This document shows positions 28,128-37,200 of a DNA stretch of 64,000 nucleotides, one piece after another (the stretch's first letter is position 1; every line of letters begins with the position of its first letter). The position numbers and the translations under genes are program-made. Below the pieces are notes generated by a model. The model ran no database searches. It was not told where the DNA came from and worked only from the letters and a program-made list of their open reading frames with translations. Source of the stretch: Candidatus Microgenomates bacterium (lineage in GTDB: Bacteria > Patescibacteriota > Microgenomatia > Daviesbacterales > UBA10151); assembly GCA_016182045.1 (NCBI GenBank), contig JACOYE010000007.1:98121-162120 (forward strand), given 5' to 3'.

Positions 28128-28418
28128 ATGACCAGAATTGTAAAATCTTTGCGGAGCGGACAACTGACTATCCCTGCTGATTTCAGGGAACAGCTGGGAA
28201 TCGATACAGACACTTTACTCCAAATCAACCTGATCAATGGTGAGTTGCGTATCAAACCTGTTAAAACCACCCAAACCGTAGCAGGATCGCCCTGGATCAA
28301 GGAATTGTATAAACTTTTTGCCCCGATTCGTAAAGACGCATCAAAATATACCGATGCACAAATAAATACTACTATTGACCGTGCGGTAAAAGCTGTGCGA
28401 AGAAAAAGACATGGTTAA
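28128..28418 (+). CDS. AbrB/SpoVT-type antitoxin
   Basis: GQLTIPADFREQLGI swapped-hairpin N-terminus; overlaps PIN gene by 8 nt. Confidence 0.55.
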   Translation: MTRIVKSLRSGQLTIPADFREQLGIDTDTLLQINLINGELRIKPVKTTQTVAGSPWIKELYKLFAPIRKDASKYTDAQINTTIDRAVKAVRRKRHG

Positions 28419-28833
28419 AGTGGTATTCGATACTATGGTTTTTGTCCGCAGTCTAATAAACCCCAGAAGCTTTTGGGGGAAACTTATCTTTAAATACTCA
28501 AACTCCTACCGTCTCTTTGTTTCGCGACCAGTGCTGCTGGAATTACTTGAAGTTTTAAACAGAGAGGAAATTAGCAAAAAGTTTAAGAGTATTAAAGGAT
28601 TAAATAGCAACAAAATTCTGCAAATTATCTCTCAAGCTGAAACAGTTGAAATATCGGATATCCCGCTGATTTCAAGAGATATAAAAGATGACAAATTTCT
28701 TGCTACTGCCAAGGCTGCAGATGCTGACTATCTGATTACCGAAGATGAAGATTTGTTGGTGCTAAAAGTTTATGCGGGAGTAAAAATCATCAATACAGCC
28801 ACTTTTTTGGATATTATTAAAACTAAACCCTAA
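28411..28833 (+). CDS. PIN-domain protein (putative toxin)
   Basis: VVFDTMVFVRS ... ITEDEDLL acidic residue pattern. Confidence 0.55.
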   Translation: MVKVVFDTMVFVRSLINPRSFWGKLIFKYSNSYRLFVSRPVLLELLEVLNREEISKKFKSIKGLNSNKILQIISQAETVEISDIPLISRDIKDDKFLATAKAADADYLITEDEDLLVLKVYAGVKIINTATFLDIIKTKP

Positions 28834-28890
28834 TCCCTAGACCCTAAACCCTAACTTGTGCTAAGCCACAACTATCTCTCTTTTAGAGAC
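28834..28890. terminator. telomere-like CCCTAG/CCCTAA x3 followed by a 14-bp-stem hairpin (CCACAACTATCTCT...AGAGACTAGTTGTGG)
   Basis: seen directly downstream of the PIN gene stop. Confidence 0.3.
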
Positions 28891-28895
28891 TAGTT

Positions 28896-29903
28896 GTGGT
28901 AAGCTTAAAATTAATGTCCAAAATATCTTTCTATCTAATTTCAGCTGTAACCTTTTTTCTGGTGATGACACTCTTTCTAAAATTCCCGCAGGTTATTCAA
29001 GCCCAGTCAATACCAACCATAGGAGATCTTAAGGTAGGAGAATCTAAACAAATCACTGTATCCGGTTTAGACGCAAAGGAAAAATACTATTGGAGTGAAT
29101 CAAAAGTGACATCTGTTATCCTTGGCCAAACTAACACTCCTATTTTTTATGGTTGTTTTGACTCCAGTGACAAGGGGGAGATACAACGGACCATAGGACC
29201 GTTTTCAACACCAGGACTTTATAAATTAGTAATCGATAGGTCTGAAACTGGCTGTACACCCTCGGGCAATCCAGTGGTATCACAAGACTTTTCGGTGGGA
29301 GGACCAACAGGGCAGAGTTGTTGTACTGCAGCTTTGCCGCGTTATGATAGAAATAAAGATGTCTGTGCAGATATAACCCTACATAATCCTCTACTTCCAC
29401 AACAGACGATTGAAGTAGAAACAGAATGTTCCAACACAAACCCTAAAAGCTACTGTGAACCAGAATCTTTACAATGTTTTACCACTAAAACTCAGGTAAA
29501 GGCCGGGAAAATATGTTTCGATCCTCACGAGCCAGGTTTTGATAAAAATAAACATATTATTTGCGCTAAAAGTGGAGGACAAGAAATTACCGGATGCACT
29601 GATAATAAAGACAATCCGGGGATTGCCACTGCCATTGGCTGTATACATACCTCACCGGTTGGATTTGTTAAAGACGCTTTAAAGTTTATCATTGCCATCT
29701 CTGGGGGTTTGGCATTTTTGATGATGCTTTTGGGAGCATTTCAGATGCTGACATCAGCCGGAAATCCCGAGACTTTGCAGGCCGGACGGGAAAGATTTCA
29801 ATCTGCCATCATCGGGCTTTTGTTTGTGATCTTTGCAGTTTTGCTGCTTCGCATCATTGGAGTTGATATACTGGGACTTGGAAAACAGTTTGGAGGACCA
29901 TGA
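28896..29903 (+). CDS. secreted Cys-rich protein fused to a C-terminal VirB2/TrbC-like T4SS pilin module
   Basis: signal peptide; ~20 Cys in residues 80-240; C-terminal LMMLLGAFQMLTSAGNPETLQAGRERFQSAIIGLLFVIFAVLLL matches the two-helix motif of the five downstream pilin paralogs. Confidence 0.5.
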   Translation: MVSLKLMSKISFYLISAVTFFLVMTLFLKFPQVIQAQSIPTIGDLKVGESKQITVSGLDAKEKYYWSESKVTSVILGQTNTPIFYGCFDSSDKGEIQRTIGPFSTPGLYKLVIDRSETGCTPSGNPVVSQDFSVGGPTGQSCCTAALPRYDRNKDVCADITLHNPLLPQQTIEVETECSNTNPKSYCEPESLQCFTTKTQVKAGKICFDPHEPGFDKNKHIICAKSGGQEITGCTDNKDNPGIATAIGCIHTSPVGFVKDALKFIIAISGGLAFLMMLLGAFQMLTSAGNPETLQAGRERFQSAIIGLLFVIFAVLLLRIIGVDILGLGKQFGGP

Positions 29904-30298
29904 TGATAATGTCAAATTACAAATTTCAAATTACAAATGAAGGTCAAAATCCAAATACTAAAAAGAAATATGATCTTGAGGAAAGGACTGCCAAGTTTGG
30001 GGAAAAGATTCTGGAGTTTGCCAAAAAAATACCACAAAACCCTGTAACATTACCAATCATCAGTCAGCTGGTACGTTCAGGCACCAGTATAGGAGCTAAT
30101 TATTGCGAAGCAGACGGGGCGGAAAGCAAAAAAGACTTCAGACATAAAATAGGAATTTGTAAAAAAGAAGCTAAGGAAACTAAACATTGGCTTAGGATGG
30201 TAGCAAAAGCTGTACCAGACCTTGCACCGGAAGCAAGGGAGTATTGGCAAGAAGCTCAGGAATTGACTTTAATTTTTTCGGCAATTATCAGAAAATAA
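29900..30298 (+). CDS. four-helix-bundle protein (TIGR02436-like, 23S rRNA IVS-protein family)
   Basis: SIGANYCEADGAESKKDFRHKIGICKKEAKETKHWLRM signature. Confidence 0.7.
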   Translation: MMIMSNYKFQITNEGQNPNTKKKYDLEERTAKFGEKILEFAKKIPQNPVTLPIISQLVRSGTSIGANYCEADGAESKKDFRHKIGICKKEAKETKHWLRMVAKAVPDLAPEAREYWQEAQELTLIFSAIIRK

Positions 30299-30407
30299 AA
30301 TATAATGACAAAATCCAAATTACAAATGGCAAATCAAACCTAAATGTCAAAGACAAAAAATTTGTCATTTAGGCTTTGAAATTCATTTGACATTTGGACT
30401 TTGAGCT

Positions 30408-30728
30408 TTGATATTACCAGCTATGTTAAACGATTTACTAAAAGATAGCGGTGTCCCAAATTTTGGCGGTGCAAATGCCAATTTGGGAGCGGTTCTTTCA
30501 GGCCTTTTAAATATTACCTTCTTTATAGCAGTATTTATGACCTTTTACTGGCTGGTCTGGGGATCATTCCAATATATTTTAGCTCAGGGCGAAAAGGAAA
30601 AACTGGCCAGGGCCAGGGAAAGAATCAAATGGGCCATAATAGGACTGTTAGTAGTCTTAATGTCTTATTCTTTTGCCAGATTTGCTTCTGAAATATTCCC
30701 ACCGGGAAAAGGAGGACTACCATTCTAA
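30408..30728 (+). CDS. VirB2/TrbC-like T4SS pilin family protein, paralog 1
   Basis: two hydrophobic helices flanking W(G)x..xxGEKEKLARARERIKWAIIGL loop motif. Confidence 0.5.
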   Translation: MILPAMLNDLLKDSGVPNFGGANANLGAVLSGLLNITFFIAVFMTFYWLVWGSFQYILAQGEKEKLARARERIKWAIIGLLVVLMSYSFARFASEIFPPGKGGLPF

Positions 30729-30778
30729 TAGAAGGAGTAGATATTGGAGAAAAGTTTGGCTTTGGGGATATTAAATCT

Positions 30779-31033
30779 TTGGGAGAAGGAACTTCCAGAT
30801 TGGTTGGACCGATGTTTGCTGCGGCTGCTGTAGCAGTAATTTTATACTTTTTATTTGGAGCATTTTTCTATTTAAGATCAGCCGGAGATAAAGAGGAGAT
30901 CCAAAATGCCAGAAATATGATGACTCATGCTATTGTTGGATTTATACTGTTAATATTTGCCTTTCTGATTTTACAGTTTTTGTTGTATAGTTTATTTGGT
31001 CAACAGATTCCCTTTATCGGAGGAGAAAAATGA
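30779..31033 (+). CDS. VirB2/TrbC-like pilin paralog 2
   Basis: LFGAFFYLRSAGDKEEIQNARNMMTHAIVGF motif. Confidence 0.5.
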   Translation: MGEGTSRLVGPMFAAAAVAVILYFLFGAFFYLRSAGDKEEIQNARNMMTHAIVGFILLIFAFLILQFLLYSLFGQQIPFIGGEK

Positions 31034-31497
31034 TAGTTAAAACTTTTTTGTTTATATTATTTACCGTTTACTCTCTACTATTTACTGTCCCTGTTTATGC
31101 CCGGCCATGTTACCAAGCTCCTGATGGATCACTAATATGCCCTACCCTTTCTCCTGCTCCGACACCAAATGCCATAGAAAGCATTTTTGGCAAAATTATC
31201 CCTCCTGATGCTTTAAAAGGCCTCTTACAACAAGACCCCACCGGGGCCGGGGCCATCAGTAATTTTTTATCCAGACTGGTGGCTTTAATTTATGTTTTTG
31301 CTGCCATAATTTTAATCTTCATGCTGCTTTGGGGAGCCTGGGACTGGATGACCTCTGAGGGAGATAAGGAAAAGATCCAATCTGCCAGAAATAAAATCAT
31401 CAATGCTTTTATTGGTATTTTACTTTTTGCGGTGGCTTTTGCAGTTATCCGAGTTCTGGGACAATTTACCGGTTTTACCTTCTTTGTGGGACAATAG
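31030..31497 (+). CDS. VirB2/TrbC-like pilin paralog 3
   Basis: signal peptide; LLWGAWDWMTSEGDKEKIQSARNKIINAFIGILLFAVAFAV. Confidence 0.55.
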   Translation: MIVKTFLFILFTVYSLLFTVPVYARPCYQAPDGSLICPTLSPAPTPNAIESIFGKIIPPDALKGLLQQDPTGAGAISNFLSRLVALIYVFAAIILIFMLLWGAWDWMTSEGDKEKIQSARNKIINAFIGILLFAVAFAVIRVLGQFTGFTFFVGQ

Positions 31498-31536
31498 CCC
31501 CCCTTGACAAGTAATTTAGTTTGTGACTAAGATTAG

Positions 31537-31920
31537 ATGGCTATGCGAAAATTAGCACTGGTAGGATCATCAATAGTCTATCTTCTTTCCGCAGTGATGG
31601 TATTTGCCCAATCACCCACCCCACAAATCAAAATTTCTCCTCCCACCCAAGGTTACTCTGATCTGGGGGCTTTTGTGACCAATGTTTTAACTTTGTCTTT
31701 TATAGTGGCTGTCCTAGTAGTTTTGGTGATGCTGATTTGGGGAGCTTTTGAATGGATCACTTCCGGTGGAGACAAGGAAGCAGTAGGAAAAGCCAGAAAC
31801 AGAATCATCAATGCCTTGATTGGCCTGGCTGTTTTGGCTGTGGCTTTTGCCCTATTTAAAGTGGCAGGTCAATTTTTGGGCTTCCCCACCACAGAATTTA
31901 CCATTCCCACACCACCTTAA
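31537..31920 (+). CDS. VirB2/TrbC-like pilin paralog 4
   Basis: signal peptide; LIWGAFEWITSGGDKEAVGKARNRIINALIGLAVLAVAFAL. Confidence 0.55.
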   Translation: MAMRKLALVGSSIVYLLSAVMVFAQSPTPQIKISPPTQGYSDLGAFVTNVLTLSFIVAVLVVLVMLIWGAFEWITSGGDKEAVGKARNRIINALIGLAVLAVAFALFKVAGQFLGFPTTEFTIPTPP

Positions 31921-31965
31921 TAAGTTAGGTTGACCATCATACTAAATTGGTGCTAAGGTTAAGAT

Positions 31966-32313
31966 ATGGGTCCTGATCCAGCTGGCTTAAAACAAATAGA
32001 GGATGTTTTTACCAACATTATCTCGGTGGTGGTGGGGTTGGGTTTTATTACTCTTTTGGTTTTGCTTGTTTGGGCCGGAATTAAATATTTAATCTCAGGG
32101 GGAGAGCCAAAAGCCATCCAGCAGGCTCATCTAATAGTCACCTGGGCTCTTTTGGGAGTCCTATTTTTGGCCATAGCCTGGCTGGTATTACAACTTGTGG
32201 GAGCTTTTACCGGACTTCCTGTAACTATCTTTAATGTCAGAGCCCTTTGCGAAGTGGGCGGTACCCAATTTTGCACCCCCACTCCAAGTCCAAGTCCAAC
32301 TCCCAGCCCTTAG
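31966..32313 (+). CDS. VirB2/TrbC-like pilin paralog 5 (diverged), Pro/Ser/Thr-rich tail
   Basis: LVWAGIKYLISGGEPKAIQQAHLIVTWALLGVLFLAIAW; C-terminal TPTPSPSPTPSP. Confidence 0.45.
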   Translation: MGPDPAGLKQIEDVFTNIISVVVGLGFITLLVLLVWAGIKYLISGGEPKAIQQAHLIVTWALLGVLFLAIAWLVLQLVGAFTGLPVTIFNVRALCEVGGTQFCTPTPSPSPTPSP

Positions 32314-32352
32314 GGGTTGCAAAAGTAGATTGATTTGTTTTACTGTTAAAGT

Positions 32353-34188
32353 ATGGTAGGGAAACCCAAAGCTCAAATGTCAAATTTCAAATCAAATCTA
32401 AATTTCAAAAAATTTGTCATTTGTCATTTTAATTTTGGCATTCATTTGTTATTTGTTATTTTGATTTTGACATTAGTGGCCACTCCAGTTTCAGCCCAGA
32501 CCTCCACCCCATCTGCCTCCCCCCTACAACCTACCACCTACAACCTACCACCTACTGTTTCACCCACCTCCCCTCTCTACACCGACCTTTTAGTCCACAA
32601 CTTATTCCATTCATTTAGTTGTCTGGCAGTGGGTCAATCTGTCATTGGCCAAGCTTGTTTAACCTACCAGCTTACCCAAAATACTCAAGGAGCTATTCAA
32701 TCCATACCGGTTTTATCACAGACTAATTTATCTGGGGGAGCTTTGGGGGCCACCACCTCTTTGATAGGCATGCTTTATCAAAATCCTCCGATCAGAACAG
32801 CTGATTATCTGGCATCAGTGGGACAAGGTTTGGGAATTGTGAAGGAAGCTCATGCCCAAGTGGTAGGGTCTGGGGCCAATGTCTTAAGTCCAATTTTAGC
32901 TCTTTGGCAGGTTTCAAGAAATATAGCTTACTTGGTAATGATTATAATTTTTGTAATTATAGGGCTGATGGTGATGTTCAGACAAAGGATTAACCCTCAA
33001 ACAGTCATCACAGCTCAAGCTGCATTACCCGGTCTTGTGATTGGCCTAATTTTAATAACCTTTAGCTACTTTTTGGCAGGATTAATATCAGATACGGCCT
33101 TTATTGGCACAAATTTGGTAGGGGCTTACTTTTCTGCAGTTAAAGGACACTCAGACAAACCGCAAAATCTGGTAGATGAGATAAAATCTCAAAATGTTTT
33201 AACTATTTTCACTCCCTTTACCAGAATAGCCAGCTTTGACAAAGTTAGCGATGCCCTGAGTTCAATCTGGAATGATCTAGCAGATCCAAATGTATGTAGG
33301 AATTGTCCATGGGAACAGGATCCACAGAAAGTTCTGACTGCCCTGATGGCATTTCTGGTTGCTCAAGTTATCATGCCCTTTGGAGGAATGCTTGGGGGAC
33401 CAGGACAATTGGCAGCTGGGGTGATATCATTTGGGGGAGCTGCCCTTCTTCCTACACAACTGGTCACTGTAGGCCTAACCTTTGTAGCCATGGTAATTTT
33501 GATTTATGCCATGTTTAGATTACTACTGCGATTGATTAATAATTATCTCAGCATTATTTTTTTGACAATCACCGCTCCATTTCAATTTTTAGCTGCCGCT
33601 TTGCCGGGCAGACAGGGAACCGCCACCAATTGGATTCTACAGATGCTGGCCAATATCTTGGCATTTCCGGCTGTTTTGGCAGTGTTTTATTTCGTGGCCT
33701 TTTTGTTAGGCCAAGATTTTGGCCCCCTTAAAGTTTCTCAGATAAACCAAGTGCAAAACAATGGACCGGTAACAGCTGCATACGCACAAGGTAAAATCAA
33801 TGTGGCAGATATTGAAACTTTTCCTTTGTTTGGCGGCATGGATTTAGAGTTTATCAGGATTCTTTTGGCTTTCGGGGCACTGGTGGCATTGCCTAAGATT
33901 CCTGATTTGGTGGCAAGAGCCCTGGGAGCAGTAAGTGAGGCAGGACAACTGCTCGGTCAGGAACTGGGTGGCAGCGTTGCTGCAGGCAGAGGCTATGCCG
34001 GCCAATTCCAACAAGGTGCTAGCGGTCTGGCTGGACAAGCGGGTAGACTGACAAACGAAACATACTACTATAGAGATGAAGCTGGCAATCTAAAAGTAAA
34101 TCCAATGTTGTCTCGAGCTGGACAAATATCGAAAGCTATATCTAATGTGAAGGGATGGTTTGGTAGAGGTCCGAAACCTACTATCTAG
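32353..34188 (+). CDS. polytopic membrane protein, candidate VirB6/TrbL-like T4SS channel subunit
   Basis: signal peptide, Pro/Thr-rich region, then >=8 TM helices; position directly after pilin genes. Confidence 0.35.
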   Translation: MVGKPKAQMSNFKSNLNFKKFVICHFNFGIHLLFVILILTLVATPVSAQTSTPSASPLQPTTYNLPPTVSPTSPLYTDLLVHNLFHSFSCLAVGQSVIGQACLTYQLTQNTQGAIQSIPVLSQTNLSGGALGATTSLIGMLYQNPPIRTADYLASVGQGLGIVKEAHAQVVGSGANVLSPILALWQVSRNIAYLVMIIIFVIIGLMVMFRQRINPQTVITAQAALPGLVIGLILITFSYFLAGLISDTAFIGTNLVGAYFSAVKGHSDKPQNLVDEIKSQNVLTIFTPFTRIASFDKVSDALSSIWNDLADPNVCRNCPWEQDPQKVLTALMAFLVAQVIMPFGGMLGGPGQLAAGVISFGGAALLPTQLVTVGLTFVAMVILIYAMFRLLLRLINNYLSIIFLTITAPFQFLAAALPGRQGTATNWILQMLANILAFPAVLAVFYFVAFLLGQDFGPLKVSQINQVQNNGPVTAAYAQGKINVADIETFPLFGGMDLEFIRILLAFGALVALPKIPDLVARALGAVSEAGQLLGQELGGSVAAGRGYAGQFQQGASGLAGQAGRLTNETYYYRDEAGNLKVNPMLSRAGQISKAISNVKGWFGRGPKPTI

Positions 34189-34202
34189 CGGGAAGGATTA
34201 GG

Positions 34203-37200
34203 CTAAATTATCTTATCGGTCAACCAATCTTCAATTGATTCAGATCCTGTTGTCTTATTCCCTCCTTCATAGATTTTAAACTTTTTAGAAAGGAAGCTAT
34301 TCCAATATTTTTCCCTTCTGTATACATCAGCTCCACCTCCTGGGCTCTCATCCTGCAACCAATCATAAAATCCTCTTCGTCCTTCCTCCCCATACAAAAA
34401 TGCATCTTGTCTATTCCTGGCAGTACCATTATTTTTTAGGATATCTTTGTCTGATTCAATGGCAGTATTAAAACTACCATCCGACAAAAATACCTCTACT
34501 TCCTCTAGATTTAAAGCTCCTGCTGAATTATCAGTGGCTGAATACATCACCCTCATATCATGGGTAACCTTTGTTAACCTGCCAAAACATTCTTTAAATT
34601 TATATAGAAACGGTATGGTCTTTGTTGCACTATCTAAAAGGTCTCCAGAGATAGCGTCTCCAGCATATCCATGCATAGTTTCATTATTATCAGTTGGTTT
34701 TTCATACAAACCAAAAACCCACTCTCCTGTTTGAGGATCAACATAGCCAACTGAATGATTAAACATTTCAACTGCTTTATCCTGCACTTCAAAAATTTTC
34801 GTCAGTCCAAATTGTCCCACTATGCCTTGGTGCGAAATCTTCTTGATTTCATCTGCCATTACCTTAACTGCTCCAGATAATCCATGTACTCCCCATCTGG
34901 GACCTGCGGCATCATGTTCAAAAGGAGCATCAGCAATTTCAGCACCAAGTCTTCTGGATAAACGAGAAGTTTGCTGAGCTGCAAATTCCACAAAACCTAA
35001 TGTAAACCTATCCATTCCTGCCCAATCCTCGTTCCTATAACCTACCCGCATCCTGCCTATATAACCATCTCTAGGAAGAAATGCTCTATATAATCCATGC
35101 TTCCCTCTTTGTCTATCTTGAAATGACTCTAAGACGGCAGCTGCTACAAGGGCAACTTCTCTTTGTTGTTGAACATCTTCAAACTTTTTAACCCGTCTTA
35201 AAGTTGGATCTACAATCAAAAGTTGGGTGGCTAATATATCTTCATCTTCCCAACGAGACAAACCGTCTCTGATTCGTTCTGCTACCTTAAAGATACGAGG
35301 AGCCAATATAGTCACTCTATTATTGCCCTGGTAATACCAATAGGTATGGTCAGTATAACGGTTACGAAAATCGCTACTTTGGGCAGCTATTTGGAAAGTT
35401 GCTACTGCTTCCTCAACTAAAGTATCCCCTACTAGCTTTGCTTTGGTATTTTTGTTGATATTGTCATAATTAACAAGCTGACGATCATTAGGATCAGCTT
35501 TATCATAAATAATAACTTTACCATCCTGATCAAACTCTAATCCTATTGGATTGCCGTTATTATCAAAAGAAAGTTTAACTTCTTTGCCTGCCTGGTTAAA
35601 ACCCAAGATTTCACCATTTTTGAATTTTGTGAATTGACCTGTATTAGGCTCTATCCTTCCCAGCGGTCTTTTAAAAGTCATTGGTTTTGGTTGACCATCT
35701 GGACCTAACTCATCATCCAAAAGTTGAGCTGTATATCCCTTTGTTCTTAATTCTTCTGTCAACCTTGCTCTTGCTTCTCTTACTTTTTGCCTTCTGACTT
35801 TTGCCGGTTCGTTTGCATATTTCATCTTGGTCCAGGTAACACCCCATTGGACAAAGTTTTCTGCCTGGTAAGTTGGGATATTGTCAACAAAGTCATGTTT
35901 ATCTTCAGGGCTTAGCCGTGCATAAAGATCTTGCCAATATTTAGGAAAGCTATCTAGTCTTTTGCCACCGCTTTCCCCACCTCTCATTTTGTATAACATC
36001 CAGCCTATCTCGAACGATCTTCTATTAGCTTGCGGGAGAGAATCTCTTATTTTTTCAATTTCCTCTACTTTAAGTGCATCCGTATTTATTACTTTTGTTT
36101 TGTCTGTATCTATCCATTTCAGTCTTAATCCATCACTCACACTCTGGTAATATTGAATATGAGGATTTCTGTCCACATATAAAAATCCTCTACCTCTTCT
36201 AGCTTTCTCTCCTAATACTCCCTGCATTTGAAAAGCAATATCAAAATTAGCTGCTGCTTCATCATAAGCTGCCTTGTATGCTTGTCGATCTCGCGGACTT
36301 AATCGATCAATTGCCTTTTCGCCTTTTTCTAATTTTATCTGACCCCTAATTATAGCTTGTCTGAGTTCCCGAAGCTGTACCTGAATTCTTCCTAAATCTA
36401 TTGACTTTCTGATGGTTTCCGGGAGGTCAGCAAAAGCTGGATATTTTCTTTGATACTGTCTTTGATCTTCGGGCTTACTTTGATCTTCGGCAAAACGGTC
36501 TTGATCTTCTTTATAGCTTAGATAATTTTTAATGTGGTAATCACCTTTATCAAAACCTTCGTATAATCTTTTAAACTCTTCATCGGATTTGGTCAGGCCG
36601 AGTCTTTTTAAATTTGCTCTGTAAGCATTAAGCCTGGCTTGATCATGTACACGCTTTGCCTGATTATCTCCACCTAGTAGATCAATCGCTGTTTCGCCTG
36701 GCTTCAATTTTATTCTACCAGTGCTGATATCGTTTTCTATACTTCGAAGATCTGACTTAATTCTCTCTAAATCGCCGGCCGCATCAATTTTCGCTTGTAA
36801 ATCATCAGAGTTAAAATACTCATCCCTAGGATCATAATCCTTAAGCACAATACCCATTCCTCTTTCAATTACCATCTCCTGAATTTGATCTTGTTTGAAA
36901 TGACCAGCAACAATATCTAACTCTCCTCTTTCTCCTACAGGATTATTATAAATATCCATTACATCTTCGAAGTCAAAAATCTCAGTAAAAACAGCTACTC
37001 CCCCTTTTCCTGCTCGATATAATGCTACCCATCTGGCTGGCCCTTCATCCAAAGACATTGCCACCATTGCCTCTTTTTTCTGCTTGGGGTTATAAACCTC
37101 ATTTGCATAGTTACCCACAAAAACATATAATAATGCTTCCAGTTCCAACCTATTTTCTTCCAAAAAATCAGCATCGATATTACCTTCTCTGACCTGTCTT

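Noticed and set aside
28834-28860. CCCTAG/CCCTAA x3 telomere-like repeat
   Set aside because: Only three units on an apparently circular-type bacterial chromosome segment; probably coincidental, reported only as part of a possible terminator region.
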